Shown here one piece after another: positions 28,470 to 39,063 of a stretch of DNA of 54,201 nt; position 1 is the first letter of the stretch; each line of letters opens with the position of its first letter. The notes under the pieces are model-generated. The model saw only the letters and a program-made list of their open reading frames with translations. It had not been told where the DNA came from and made no database searches. The translations under genes were made by a program, and so were the position numbers. This DNA is from Candidatus Onthousia excrementipullorum (GTDB taxonomy: Bacteria; Bacillota_I; Bacilli_A; RF39; UBA660), in NCBI GenBank assembly GCA_018712385.1, contig DVHC01000003.1, positions 1-54,201 of the forward strand. Reading direction: 5' to 3'.

Positions 28470-31400
28470 GTGATTAGTATGGATAGTAAATTAAATTTAT
28501 TTTTAAAAAAGATTAATCTAAATGACGAGTACTTTGACTTTTTTAAAAGTTCAACTTTAGATAAAATAGTCATCAATAAAAACAATAAAAGCTTTTTAGT
28601 AAAAATAACTATTGATAAATATTTACCTAAAGATATATTATCTAATCTAGTAGAGAATAAATCTCTTTTTGCCGATGATTTAACTTATAACTTTACCGTT
28701 AGAAATCCTGATAATAATATCCTTCTAGATTATTATCCTTATTTTTTAGATATCTTAAAAGAAAAAGATAAGATAAAATTAACAGATGTTTATAAAGATT
28801 CTCTAATTTATGAAGATGATACTCTAAGACTTATCGCCTATAATAAGAAAGAAGAAGATAGACTAAAAGAAATAAGTAATGATATAAATAACTTCTATCA
28901 TAATATAGGGTTTCATGACTATATACCTGTTATATTAAGAGAAGATAACGAAATAGAAGAAGAAATAAGTAATGAACTTTCTAATGTTACTATTCCTGAA
29001 CCTATTAAGAGGGATGTTATTAAAGAAGAGCCTAAACGTTATAATAACAGTGGTACCCCTAGAAGAAGAAAAAGTACTGATGAAGGTTGTATCTTAGGTA
29101 AGACTATAGATAGTGAACCTATTAAGATGAGTTTGTTATTAGGAGAAGATAATGATGTTACTGTAGAAGGATATATCTTTGGTACAGATTATTTTGAATC
29201 TAATAAAAGTAACTTTAAGATTATTACCTTAAAAATAACAGATGAGACTGATAGTATCGCTTGTAAAGTATTTTGTAATGAAGATGAAGAATATGCTAGA
29301 CTTTGTAAAGCCTTAAAAGTAGGAACATGGCTTAAGATTAGAGGTTATACAAAAATAGATTCATTCGCTAAAGATGAATTAGTCCTTAATGCTAGAGATA
29401 TTATGCCAGTAGAACATGAGGAAGAAGAAATTACTGATGATGCAAAAGAGAAAAGAGTAGAACTACATGCCCATACGATGATGAGTCAGATGGATGGAGT
29501 AGCAGATGAAGTAAAACTAGTAAAACAAGCGATGAAATGGGGACATAAGTCCATTGCCATTACTGACCATAATGGTTGCCAAGCTTTTCCTAATGTCTAC
29601 CATTTAGTAAGAGATTATAATAAAGGTAAAGAGGAAAAAGATAAGTTTAAAGCCCTATATGGAACAGAACTTGTAATGGTAGATGATAGTGTTGATGTTG
29701 TTATTAGACCTAATGATGGGAAATTATTAGACCAAACTTATGTAGTTTTTGACTTTGAAACAACTGGTTTTAATGCTGGTGGTGCTGACTCTATTATTGA
29801 AATCGGTGCTGTTAAGATGAAAGATGGAGAAATATTAGAACGTTATGATGAATTAATTAATCCCGGACGTCCTCTACCTGCTAAGATAACAGAGATAACT
29901 AATATAACAGATTTAATGCTAGAAGATAAAGATAATGAAGAAAATGCTGTTAAAAGGTTTATTGATTGGTTTGGAGATCTACCTATGGTTGCCCATAATG
30001 CTAAGTTCGATGTTTCTTTCTTAGAGATGGCCTATAAAAAATATAATCTAGGAGAGTTTAAAAACCCTGTTATCGATACCCTTGAATTATCAAGAACTCT
30101 AGACAACAACTATGCTCGTCATAGCCTATCTGCCTTAGTTAAAAGATATAACGTTCCATGGGATGAAGAAAGTCACCACAGAGGAGATTATGATGCTGAA
30201 GGTACAGCTTTAGTCCTATATAAAATGCTAGAAAAACTAGATAGTCGTAATATAGAGACGATGGAACAGTTATCTAATATCGTAGACTCTAAAGAAATGT
30301 ATAAATATGGTAATACTAATCATATCAATATTATCGCTTTAAATAAGAAAGGTCTAAAGAACCTATTTAAAATAGTCTCTTTTGCCAACACAACTTATCT
30401 ATATAAAACACCAAGAATTCCTAGAAGTATTATTAATGAATATCGTGAAGGCTTACTTATTGGTAGTGGTTGTTATGAAAGTGAAGTCTTTAAACAAGCG
30501 ACTAGTAAGAGTGAAGAAGAATTATCTAATATTATTAGATTCTATGACTATGTAGAAGTACAACCTCCTGAGTGTTATTCTCATTTAGTAGAAACAGGTG
30601 ACTTTGCCAATGAGGGTGAAGTAATTAGTAATATTAAGAAAATCATTAATACTACAATAGATGCTGGTAAATTGATAGTTGCAACAGGAGATGTTCATCA
30701 TATAACTCGTGAAGATAAAATCTATAGAGAGATTATCGTAAATCAAAAAGTACCAGGAGGTGGACGTCATCCTCTTGCAAGAGGTGGTATTAAAAATATT
30801 CCATCTAATCATTTTAGAACGACAACAGAAATGTTAGAAGACTTCTCATTTCTAGATAATAAGACAAGAAAACTAATAGTTATAGATAATCCAAATAAAA
30901 TCGCTGATATGGCGGAAATTATAGAAGTTATCATCGAAACAGGAGGAATACCTTTCTCTCCTAAGATTGACAAAAGTGTAGAAACGGTTACTGACTTAGT
31001 CTTTACAAAAGCGAGTGATATGTATGGTGACCCTCTACCTTATAATATAGAAGAGAGAATTAGTAAAGAGTTATATGGTGATGGAGTCTATGAAGCGATA
31101 GAAGCTAAGTTAAAAAGAGAAGAACCTAATCTAAGTGGAGATGACTTTACTAAGAAATTATATGCTAACTTACATAGTACTCTTTTAAAAGGCTTTGATG
31201 AAGTAAAGAGAGTAATTAAAGAAAATCTTAAAATAACTACCCCTGATATAACAGATGAAGACTTAGAAAAAGCACTTAAGAAAAATTTAGGTGGTGTCAT
31301 CGGTGGAGGCTTCGATGTTATCTACCTAATCGCTCAAAAATTAGTTAAACATTCAAACGATGATGGCTATATCGTTGGTTCCCGTGGTTCAGTTGGTTCA

Positions 31401-33092
31401 TCTTTTGTGGCAACAATGATGGGAATAACCGAAGTTAATCCTCTTCCTGCTCATTATCTATGCCGTAATAAAGACTGTAAATACTCAGAATTTATTAATG
31501 ATGATGGCGAGCCTTACGGTAAAGATTATCCTTCAGGATATGACCTACCAGATAAAGTATGTCCTAAGTGTGGACAACCTATGGGTAAAGAAGGACAAGA
31601 TATGCCATTTGCCACTTTCTTAGGTTTTAATGCCGATAAAGTTCCTGATATCGACCTTAACTTCTCAGGAGAATATCAATGGAAAGCTCATGAATATACC
31701 AAAGTCCTATTCGGAGTTGATAATGTTTATCGTGCCGGAACCATTGGTACTGTCGCTGAAAAAACTGCCTATGGTTATGTTAGAGGTTACTTTGAAGAAC
31801 ATGGCATTGTTGGTAAAAGAAGTACCGAAATTGAAAGACTTGCTAAAGGTTGTACAGGAGTTAAAAGAACAACCGGACAACACCCTGGAGGTATCGTTGT
31901 TATACCAGGTTATATGGATGTCTTTGATTTTACACCATTCCAGTATCCTGCCGATGATAATACCTCTCTTTGGCGAACAACTCACTTTGATTACCATGCC
32001 ATTGACCAAGACGTCTTAAAACTTGATATTCTAGGTCACGATGACCCTACAGTATTAAGAATGTTACAAGACTTATCAGGAATTGATATTACAACTCTAC
32101 CAATGGATGATAAAAATATCTTTTCAATTCTTACAAGTCCTAAAGCTTTAGGTGTAACAGAAGATGATATACTTTGTCCAACTGGAACATTAGGACTACC
32201 TGAACTTGGTACAAGATTTGTTATAAATATGTTAGTGGAAACAAAACCCTCAACATTCGCCGAACTAGTTAAAATATCAGGCCTATCACACGGTACTGAT
32301 GTTTGGGCAGGCAATGCCAGTGAACTTATTAAAAATAATATTGTTCCTTTTAAAGATGTTATCGGCTGTCGTGATGATATCATGGTTAACTTAATGAACT
32401 GGGGCATGAAACCTATTAGAGCCTTTAAAATAATGGAGCATGTTAGAAAAGGTAAAGCGACAAAAGAACCAGAAGTCTGGAAGGGTATGGTTGAAGAAAT
32501 GAAAGCTGCTAATGTACCAGAGTGGTATATAGAGTCCTGCCATAAAATAAAATACATGTTCCCAAAAGCCCATGCTTGTGCCTATGTTATGAGTGCCATT
32601 AGAATCGCTTGGTTTAAAGTCTATAAACCATTATTCTACTATGCTGCCTTCTTCTCAATTAGAGTAGATGACTATGATATAGAAACAATGATAAAAGGTT
32701 ATAATGCTATTAAAACAAGATATGAAGACTTACTTGCTAAAGGCTTTGAAGCGACTAATAAGGAAACAAACATAATAGAGTCTCTTCATGTAGCTTTAGA
32801 GGCAACGGCTCGTGGTATTAAATTCGCTCCTATCTCTTTAGAGAAAAGTGATGCGACAAGGTTTGTTGTTGATACTGAACATGAAAATACTTTAATACCA
32901 CCATTTAAAACAATAGATGGACTAGGCTTGACGGTTGCAAAAACTATAGTGGAAGCACGTGAGAATGGACCTTTCCTAAGTAAAGAAGATTTACAAAAAC
33001 GTGGTAAAGTTTCAAAGACCCTAACCGATAAAATGACAGAGATGGGAATTCTTAACGAATTACCAGACTCTAATCAGTTAAGTTTGTTTTAA
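28470..33092 (+). CDS. polC: DNA polymerase III PolC-type
   Basis: RVELHAHT PHP domain, DFETTG exonuclease, SRGSVGSS, KVPDIDLNFSG, YMFPKAHA, QLSLF clamp motif. Confidence 0.98.
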   Translation: MISMDSKLNLFLKKINLNDEYFDFFKSSTLDKIVINKNNKSFLVKITIDKYLPKDILSNLVENKSLFADDLTYNFTVRNPDNNILLDYYPYFLDILKEKDKIKLTDVYKDSLIYEDDTLRLIAYNKKEEDRLKEISNDINNFYHNIGFHDYIPVILREDNEIEEEISNELSNVTIPEPIKRDVIKEEPKRYNNSGTPRRRKSTDEGCILGKTIDSEPIKMSLLLGEDNDVTVEGYIFGTDYFESNKSNFKIITLKITDETDSIACKVFCNEDEEYARLCKALKVGTWLKIRGYTKIDSFAKDELVLNARDIMPVEHEEEEITDDAKEKRVELHAHTMMSQMDGVADEVKLVKQAMKWGHKSIAITDHNGCQAFPNVYHLVRDYNKGKEEKDKFKALYGTELVMVDDSVDVVIRPNDGKLLDQTYVVFDFETTGFNAGGADSIIEIGAVKMKDGEILERYDELINPGRPLPAKITEITNITDLMLEDKDNEENAVKRFIDWFGDLPMVAHNAKFDVSFLEMAYKKYNLGEFKNPVIDTLELSRTLDNNYARHSLSALVKRYNVPWDEESHHRGDYDAEGTALVLYKMLEKLDSRNIETMEQLSNIVDSKEMYKYGNTNHINIIALNKKGLKNLFKIVSFANTTYLYKTPRIPRSIINEYREGLLIGSGCYESEVFKQATSKSEEELSNIIRFYDYVEVQPPECYSHLVETGDFANEGEVISNIKKIINTTIDAGKLIVATGDVHHITREDKIYREIIVNQKVPGGGRHPLARGGIKNIPSNHFRTTTEMLEDFSFLDNKTRKLIVIDNPNKIADMAEIIEVIIETGGIPFSPKIDKSVETVTDLVFTKASDMYGDPLPYNIEERISKELYGDGVYEAIEAKLKREEPNLSGDDFTKKLYANLHSTLLKGFDEVKRVIKENLKITTPDITDEDLEKALKKNLGGVIGGGFDVIYLIAQKLVKHSNDDGYIVGSRGSVGSSFVATMMGITEVNPLPAHYLCRNKDCKYSEFINDDGEPYGKDYPSGYDLPDKVCPKCGQPMGKEGQDMPFATFLGFNADKVPDIDLNFSGEYQWKAHEYTKVLFGVDNVYRAGTIGTVAEKTAYGYVRGYFEEHGIVGKRSTEIERLAKGCTGVKRTTGQHPGGIVVIPGYMDVFDFTPFQYPADDNTSLWRTTHFDYHAIDQDVLKLDILGHDDPTVLRMLQDLSGIDITTLPMDDKNIFSILTSPKALGVTEDDILCPTGTLGLPELGTRFVINMLVETKPSTFAELVKISGLSHGTDVWAGNASELIKNNIVPFKDVIGCRDDIMVNLMNWGMKPIRAFKIMEHVRKGKATKEPEVWKGMVEEMKAANVPEWYIESCHKIKYMFPKAHACAYVMSAIRIAWFKVYKPLFYYAAFFSIRVDDYDIETMIKGYNAIKTRYEDLLAKGFEATNKETNIIESLHVALEATARGIKFAPISLEKSDATRFVVDTEHENTLIPPFKTIDGLGLTVAKTIVEARENGPFLSKEDLQKRGKVSKTLTDKMTEMGILNELPDSNQLSLF

Positions 33093-33095
33093 GAG

Positions 33096-34022
33096 GTGAA
33101 TATGGAAACATTAAAAGAAATATTAAATACAATTATTAATGTTTATAATGAAGATTTAGATAATGATAAGAAACATCAATTATTATCAACTTTATGGACT
33201 AGATATTATAAACTAAGTGAAAAACTTAATATTAAATTAGATGAAGCTTATAATCTATATTTAATTGGTGAAAATGAAAGTTATATAATTTATCAAGAAC
33301 CAGAAAGGAAAAAGATAGATAAAGAAAAATTGCAGCAGACTTTAAATCATTATAAGGAGATAAAAAATAATGGCTTTAAAGAAGGACTTACTAGTGAAGA
33401 AATTAAAATACTTTTAGACTATAGTGTTGAAAATGCTAGAAAAGCTTTTGATAATTTAGGTATTAATGTAAAAACAAATTCCCTAAATGGTTTATGTGAA
33501 TTAGGACAAGCACTAACAATTATGCCTTTAGAAAATCTAGGCCTTGAAGTTACTAAAAATAGTGCCACTACATGTTTTAATTATCCATTTAATCATGTTT
33601 TTGGTACAGTTACTTTTCCTTATCAAGATGATGGTAGAGTAGTAGATAAAACATATTTGATAGACTCTACCTATCGTCAGTTCTTTTCAACTATACGTTG
33701 TAATGAAGGAAGATATTATACTGAAGAAGAAAATACTAATTTAAAAGTAGCTCCAGACCCTGGATATTTTGTAACAGATATCAACTTTGCTAAAACACTA
33801 ATGAAAGATGGCTACATTGAACTTAATAGTGAAAATGCTAAAAAATATGGAGAGCCTTTTTATAAAGCTGGTATTTCATTAAAAAATATTAAATCACTTC
33901 ATAATTCGAGCATTGACTATTATTCTAATATTATATTTAACAACGAAGATTATAAAGTTAATAAAAACGAATTAGATGGATTAAATTTGGTATTTCCAAT
34001 AATTAAATCAAAAAATATATAA
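33096..34022 (+). CDS. Orphan protein with putative Cys-His-Asp (transglutaminase/papain-like) triad
   Basis: NGLCELGQ...NHVFGTV...YLIDSTYRQF. Confidence 0.6.
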   Translation: MNMETLKEILNTIINVYNEDLDNDKKHQLLSTLWTRYYKLSEKLNIKLDEAYNLYLIGENESYIIYQEPERKKIDKEKLQQTLNHYKEIKNNGFKEGLTSEEIKILLDYSVENARKAFDNLGINVKTNSLNGLCELGQALTIMPLENLGLEVTKNSATTCFNYPFNHVFGTVTFPYQDDGRVVDKTYLIDSTYRQFFSTIRCNEGRYYTEEENTNLKVAPDPGYFVTDINFAKTLMKDGYIELNSENAKKYGEPFYKAGISLKNIKSLHNSSIDYYSNIIFNNEDYKVNKNELDGLNLVFPIIKSKNI

Positions 34023-34049
34023 CATATTTTTAAGAAAGAAGGTTTTATA

Positions 34050-34490
34050 ATGAGAAGAATAACTGCAGTTGATATGGATGGTAACATTATGCAAAGAGAA
34101 GATGAAAGAATAGGGCATAATGAAATAGTTTATGAAATGTTTAAAGAATTTTTAAATTCCATCCAAGATAAGGAGTTAAAAGGTGATTGGTATATTAAAA
34201 TTTGGCCTAATGCAGGTCTTATTACCAAATATTTAGATATGATGCTTTATTTAGAAACCTTTGATGATGAGGCATCAATAGACAGTACAATTTGTATTAT
34301 TCCAGAAAAAATTAATGATGTAGTACTAAGTTATTATGAAGAAAATTATCTAGACCATAAAGAACCGTTTTTAGGGCTATATTATCATGATGGAAAATTT
34401 GATACCATAAGTGAAGATAGAGAAAAAGAACTTACTGCCGAAGAAGTACATAGCTTTTTAAAAGATATGGTTAAATCAAAGACAAAATAA
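34050..34490 (+). CDS. Hypothetical protein (orphan)
   Basis: 146-aa ORF with RBS and downstream terminator. Confidence 0.7.
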   Translation: MRRITAVDMDGNIMQREDERIGHNEIVYEMFKEFLNSIQDKELKGDWYIKIWPNAGLITKYLDMMLYLETFDDEASIDSTICIIPEKINDVVLSYYEENYLDHKEPFLGLYYHDGKFDTISEDREKELTAEEVHSFLKDMVKSKTK

Positions 34491-34555
34491 CAAAAAAGAG
34501 TAAAAAATAAAAGACTCTTTTTTCTTTTTATGTTATACTTCTAATAGGAGGAAGT

Positions 34556-35284
34556 ATGAAAAAGATTAACCTAGATAAAGTAAATTACATACAATATGGT
34601 AATGATAAAGGTAAAGATATTATTTTACTACATGGTTGGGGACAAAATATTGAAATGATGGAACCACTTGGAAATCCCTTATCAAGTAAATATCATATTA
34701 CAATATTAGATTTTCCTGGCTATGGTAAAAGTGCTGAACCAGATGAAGTTTGGACAGTATCTGATTATGCCGACCTTGTTCATGAATTAGTTAAGAAGTT
34801 AAAGATTAAGAAACCTACTTTAATAGGACACTCTTTTGGTGGTAGAGTGGCCATCGTTTATGCTTCAAAGTATGAAGTAGATAGAGTAGTATTGTTTGGA
34901 GCCCCTTGTGTTAGAACTAAAAAAGGCTTAACTCTTAAAGAGAAAATGTTAAAGAAAGCGAAAACTTTGCCTGGTATGGGTAAAATTGCCGAGATTGCTA
35001 AAAATTATATAGGGTCTGAGGACTATAAAAATGCAAGTCCTAGAATGCGAGAAATCTTAGTAAAGACTGTTAATGAAGATTTATCAGAGTATGCTAAAAA
35101 AATAACTGCCCCAACTCTTCTAATATGGGGAGAGATGGATGAAGCAGCTCCATTTGAAGAAGCGAAACTATTAGAAGGGTTACTTACTGATGGAGCCTTA
35201 ATTGTTCTACCAGGAACACACTATGCTTATTTAGAAAATCTACAACAAGTTATAAATATTATAAATAATTTTATGGAGGGATAA
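34556..35284 (+). CDS. Alpha/beta hydrolase
   Basis: LHGWG, DFPGYG, GHSFGG, GTH. Confidence 0.9.
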   Translation: MKKINLDKVNYIQYGNDKGKDIILLHGWGQNIEMMEPLGNPLSSKYHITILDFPGYGKSAEPDEVWTVSDYADLVHELVKKLKIKKPTLIGHSFGGRVAIVYASKYEVDRVVLFGAPCVRTKKGLTLKEKMLKKAKTLPGMGKIAEIAKNYIGSEDYKNASPRMREILVKTVNEDLSEYAKKITAPTLLIWGEMDEAAPFEEAKLLEGLLTDGALIVLPGTHYAYLENLQQVINIINNFMEG

Positions 35285-35287
35285 AAA

Positions 35288-36907
35288 ATGATTGAAATAA
35301 TTTTAATTTTAGTTGCTATCATAGCAATTATTATCAAATCTAAAAAAAGTTTACATATGTTACAACAAAACTTATATAATGAAAACAACCGTTATGTTAA
35401 ATGGGTTGTTAATAATAGCGATAACTTCTTTTCACTAGAACTACTAGCAGTCCTTATAGTAGCAGTCGCTAATGTTTTCTTAATTAATGATAAAACTATA
35501 AGTTTAATCTTAAATATTATAGCAATTATACTATATATAGTTTATGCTATTAAATTTAGAACAGATTTAAAAAATGAACAAGTAAAGAAACCTTTAGTAA
35601 TAACAGCAAGAGTAAAAAGATTAATTGCTACTACTATAATACTATATTTAATACCACTAGCATTAATAATAATCTATAGAGATAATCTCTTAATTAGTCA
35701 TTTCTTAATATTTATCTTTATCCTTTTCGCTTATCTAAATACTTTTGTAATCTTACTTGCAAACTTTATTAATAAATATACTTTAGAAAAATATGTTTAT
35801 CATCACTTCAAGAGTATGGCTGTTAAGAAGTTAAAGAGTATGCCTAACTTAAAAGTTATCGGTGTAACAGGTAGTTATGGTAAGACAAGTAGTAAAAATA
35901 TTCTAGCAGATATATTAAATATTAAATATGCAACACTTCCAACACCTCGTAATTTAAATACTCCTTATGGATTAATTATTACTATTAATAATCATTTAGA
36001 TAAATTTACAGAAGTATTTATCGCTGAAATGGGAGCTTATGTTAGAGGAGAAATTAAAGACTTATGTAATTTAGTTCATCCTAAATATGGTATCTTAACT
36101 CGTATTGGAACTGCTCATTTAGAAAGCTTTGGTAGTGAAGAAAATATAAGGAAGACTAAGTTTGAACTTATCGAATCATTACCACTTGATGGAGTAGGAG
36201 TACTTAATAAAGATGACCCTAAACAAGTAAGTTATGACCTTAAAAACAAATGTAAGATTTTATGGATTGGTATCGATAATAAAGACGTAGATGTTCATGC
36301 TAGTAATATTAAATGTTCAAGCGTAGGAACAACCTTTGATGTAACCTTTAAAGGCGATAAGAAAAAATATGAGTTTGAAACTAAACTATTAGGAAAACAT
36401 AACGTTTATAATATCCTAGCAGGCCTTGCTTTAGGACGTGAATTTGGTATATCAATTCCTAAACTACAACAAGCCGTTAGAAATGTTAAACAAGTAGAAC
36501 ATAGACTAGAACTTAAGAAAATGGGCTACTTCTATCAAATAGATGATGCTTATAACTCTAATCCAGTAGGTGCTAAGAGTGCATTAGAAGTATTATCTAT
36601 GATGCCAGGCTTAAAAGTAGTAGTAACACCAGGTATGATAGAGTTAGGTGATAAAGAAGAAGAACTTAATAAAGAGTTTGGTAAACAAATCGCTAAAATA
36701 TCAAAAGCTGACTATGTAGTTCTAATTGGTGAGAAGAGAACTAGACCTATTAAAGAAGGATTAAAAGAAGCGAAATTCAATATGGATAATTTAATTGTTT
36801 ACAATGACGTCAAAGAAGCATATAATTTTATAAGAGGTATAAAAACTAAGAAGGATATCTATGCCTTATTTGAAAATGATTTACCTGATACATATAATGA
36901 AAAGTAG
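35288..36907 (+). CDS. murF: MurF-type ligase with N-terminal transmembrane domain
   Basis: GVTGSYGKTS, NTPYG, EMGA, DDAYNSNP; multiple N-terminal TMs. Confidence 0.85.
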   Translation: MIEIILILVAIIAIIIKSKKSLHMLQQNLYNENNRYVKWVVNNSDNFFSLELLAVLIVAVANVFLINDKTISLILNIIAIILYIVYAIKFRTDLKNEQVKKPLVITARVKRLIATTIILYLIPLALIIIYRDNLLISHFLIFIFILFAYLNTFVILLANFINKYTLEKYVYHHFKSMAVKKLKSMPNLKVIGVTGSYGKTSSKNILADILNIKYATLPTPRNLNTPYGLIITINNHLDKFTEVFIAEMGAYVRGEIKDLCNLVHPKYGILTRIGTAHLESFGSEENIRKTKFELIESLPLDGVGVLNKDDPKQVSYDLKNKCKILWIGIDNKDVDVHASNIKCSSVGTTFDVTFKGDKKKYEFETKLLGKHNVYNILAGLALGREFGISIPKLQQAVRNVKQVEHRLELKKMGYFYQIDDAYNSNPVGAKSALEVLSMMPGLKVVVTPGMIELGDKEEELNKEFGKQIAKISKADYVVLIGEKRTRPIKEGLKEAKFNMDNLIVYNDVKEAYNFIRGIKTKKDIYALFENDLPDTYNEK

Positions 36908-36918
36908 GAGGAGATAAG

Positions 36919-38139
36919 ATGAAAATTAAATTAGGAGTTGTCTTTGGTGGTGAATCTGTTGAACATGAAGTAAGTATTATTTCTGCAGTTCAAGCCATGA
37001 ATAAAATAAATCAAGAAAAGTATGATATTATTCCTATCTATATAACTAAAGATGGTGAGTGGTATACTGGTAATATGTTAATGGATGTTGAAGTATACCA
37101 GGATTTAGATTTAATTAAAAAATATGCTAGTAATGTTGTCTTATATAAAAAAGATGGAGCCTTTGTTCTTCAAAGTAAAGGACTATTTAAAAAGATTATT
37201 ACAGACTTAGATGTAATATTCCCAATTACTCATGGAACAAATGTAGAAGATGGTGTCTTACAAGGATATTTCCAAACAGTAGGTATTCCTTATGTTGGAC
37301 CTAATGTCTATGCCGCAGTAGTATCACAAGATAAAGCTTATATGAGAGATATCTTTAAGTCTAATGATATCCCTGTACCAGCTTATACTTGGTTCTATGA
37401 TACAGATTATAAAAATGACCCAGATGAAGTAATCAAGAAAGTAGAGAAAATAAAATATCCTGTTATTGTTAAACCTGCTACAACTGGTAGTAGTGTTGGA
37501 ATAGGTGTTGCAAATAATAAAGATGAGTTAGTTAAAGCCATTGAAGAAGCTATTAACTATGATAGTAAGATAGTAGTAGAAGAAGTAATTAAAAACTTAA
37601 TGGAAGTAAATATCTCAGTTTTAGGTAATTATGAAAATCAGGAAACAAGTGTTATTGAAGAAGTATTATCGAAGAGTGCTTTCTTAACCTATGATGAGAA
37701 ATATGTAGGTAGTGGAAAAGTTAAAGGAAAACTAGGTGCTAAAATGACTCCATTAAAAGGTTCTAAAGGTATGGCTTCAGCTGATAGAAAAATACCTGCA
37801 GACCTTACTGATAAAATGACTAAAGAAGTAGAAGAACTTGCTATTAAAGTCTTTAGAACTCTAGGAAGTAGTGGAGATGCTCGTATTGATATGTTAATCG
37901 ATAGTAAAGCTAAAAAAGTCTATGTTAATGAGATTAACTCAATTCCAGGGTCTCTAGCATTTTATCTATGGGACCCTAAAGGAAAAGATTATACAGAACT
38001 ATTAGATGACATGATTAGTATTGCTATTAAAGATTATAAAAAACGTGAGAGTAAAACTCATTCTTTTAATACCAATATCTTACAAGGCTTCGCTCATAAT
38101 GGTCTAAAAGGAATGAAAGGTAAATTACAAAATAAATAG
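36919..38139 (+). CDS. ddl: D-alanine--D-alanine ligase
   Basis: GGESVEHEVS, HGTNVEDG, GSSVG, TYDEKY, NEINSIPG. Confidence 0.9.
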   Translation: MKIKLGVVFGGESVEHEVSIISAVQAMNKINQEKYDIIPIYITKDGEWYTGNMLMDVEVYQDLDLIKKYASNVVLYKKDGAFVLQSKGLFKKIITDLDVIFPITHGTNVEDGVLQGYFQTVGIPYVGPNVYAAVVSQDKAYMRDIFKSNDIPVPAYTWFYDTDYKNDPDEVIKKVEKIKYPVIVKPATTGSSVGIGVANNKDELVKAIEEAINYDSKIVVEEVIKNLMEVNISVLGNYENQETSVIEEVLSKSAFLTYDEKYVGSGKVKGKLGAKMTPLKGSKGMASADRKIPADLTDKMTKEVEELAIKVFRTLGSSGDARIDMLIDSKAKKVYVNEINSIPGSLAFYLWDPKGKDYTELLDDMISIAIKDYKKRESKTHSFNTNILQGFAHNGLKGMKGKLQNK

Positions 38140-38151
38140 AACTTAGAATTA

Positions 38152-38946
38152 CTAAGTTCTTTTCTTTATTTTACTAAAACCTAACTCTATACCTTTATCG
38201 ATATTTTTACTATTAAACTTTTCAAGCTTTTCATAAATTAAATCTATATAATCATCTAAAGACATGTTAACTAAACTTCTTGCTGCAATTACTTTCATAT
38301 CATTAAATACACTGTTAACATTATTTATAGTATCTTCAAATCCTTTTCTTAAAATAAAGTCACCACTACTAATGCTAAAGTCATTAATAACAACATGAGT
38401 ACCTAAATTATATAAAGAAATTATTTTTGCTGTAATTGCTTCTTCAATAATATCCTTTTTATAGCCATTAAACTCTTCAAAGTGGTAATCAGGTTCAGGA
38501 ACATAAACACCTAACTTTTCATCTAAATAACTTATGTATCTAGCTTGATAATAATAAGGTGTCATATAAATTTCTCTATTATACTTAGGACTACCATAAT
38601 AAAGTAGGGGACTAACTACATCTTCGTTATTCTTACTAAGTATTTTTAAGTTATCATATTCACTCTTTACCTTACCATATTCTAAATTAGGTTGTCCCAT
38701 TAATAAAGTATATTTCTTATGCCCATTATCTAAGACATAAACAACTTCCATGTGTCCCCAATTAATAAACTTTATTTTTATATTTTTACTATAATAATTA
38801 GGATAATTTTCTTTTAAATAATTAGCAAAGCCATTTTCAATAAATTCACTTGTTTTAATTACCTCTTCAATAGGCTGTTGTTCTGGACTAAGTTCATAAT
38901 AAATAAAGTCATAATCATCAATACCTAAAGCTTCTTTTTCTTTCAT
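38152..38946 (-). CDS. Hypothetical protein, possible atypical kinase-like fold
   Basis: ORF with GGAGG RBS; INWGHMEVVY...EYDNLKIL...NDFSISSGDFI loosely parallels kinase subdomains. Confidence 0.6.
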   Translation of the reverse strand: MKEKEALGIDDYDFIYYELSPEQQPIEEVIKTSEFIENGFANYLKENYPNYYSKNIKIKFINWGHMEVVYVLDNGHKKYTLLMGQPNLEYGKVKSEYDNLKILSKNNEDVVSPLLYYGSPKYNREIYMTPYYYQARYISYLDEKLGVYVPEPDYHFEEFNGYKKDIIEEAITAKIISLYNLGTHVVINDFSISSGDFILRKGFEDTINNVNSVFNDMKVIAARSLVNMSLDDYIDLIYEKLEKFNSKNIDKGIELGFSKIKKRT

Positions 38947-39063
38947 AGTACTCCCTCCATGCTAGTTATTATAATGAAAAAAAGAGAAAATAGCAAATAA
39001 ATTAGTGTGAAACATATAAAAATGTGATATTATAAAACTAATTTATTAATTGGAGGAATATCT

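Noticed and set aside
31074-31289. Intein in PolC
   Set aside because: No N-terminal Cys/Ser or C-terminal His-Asn splice motifs, and the segment is too short.
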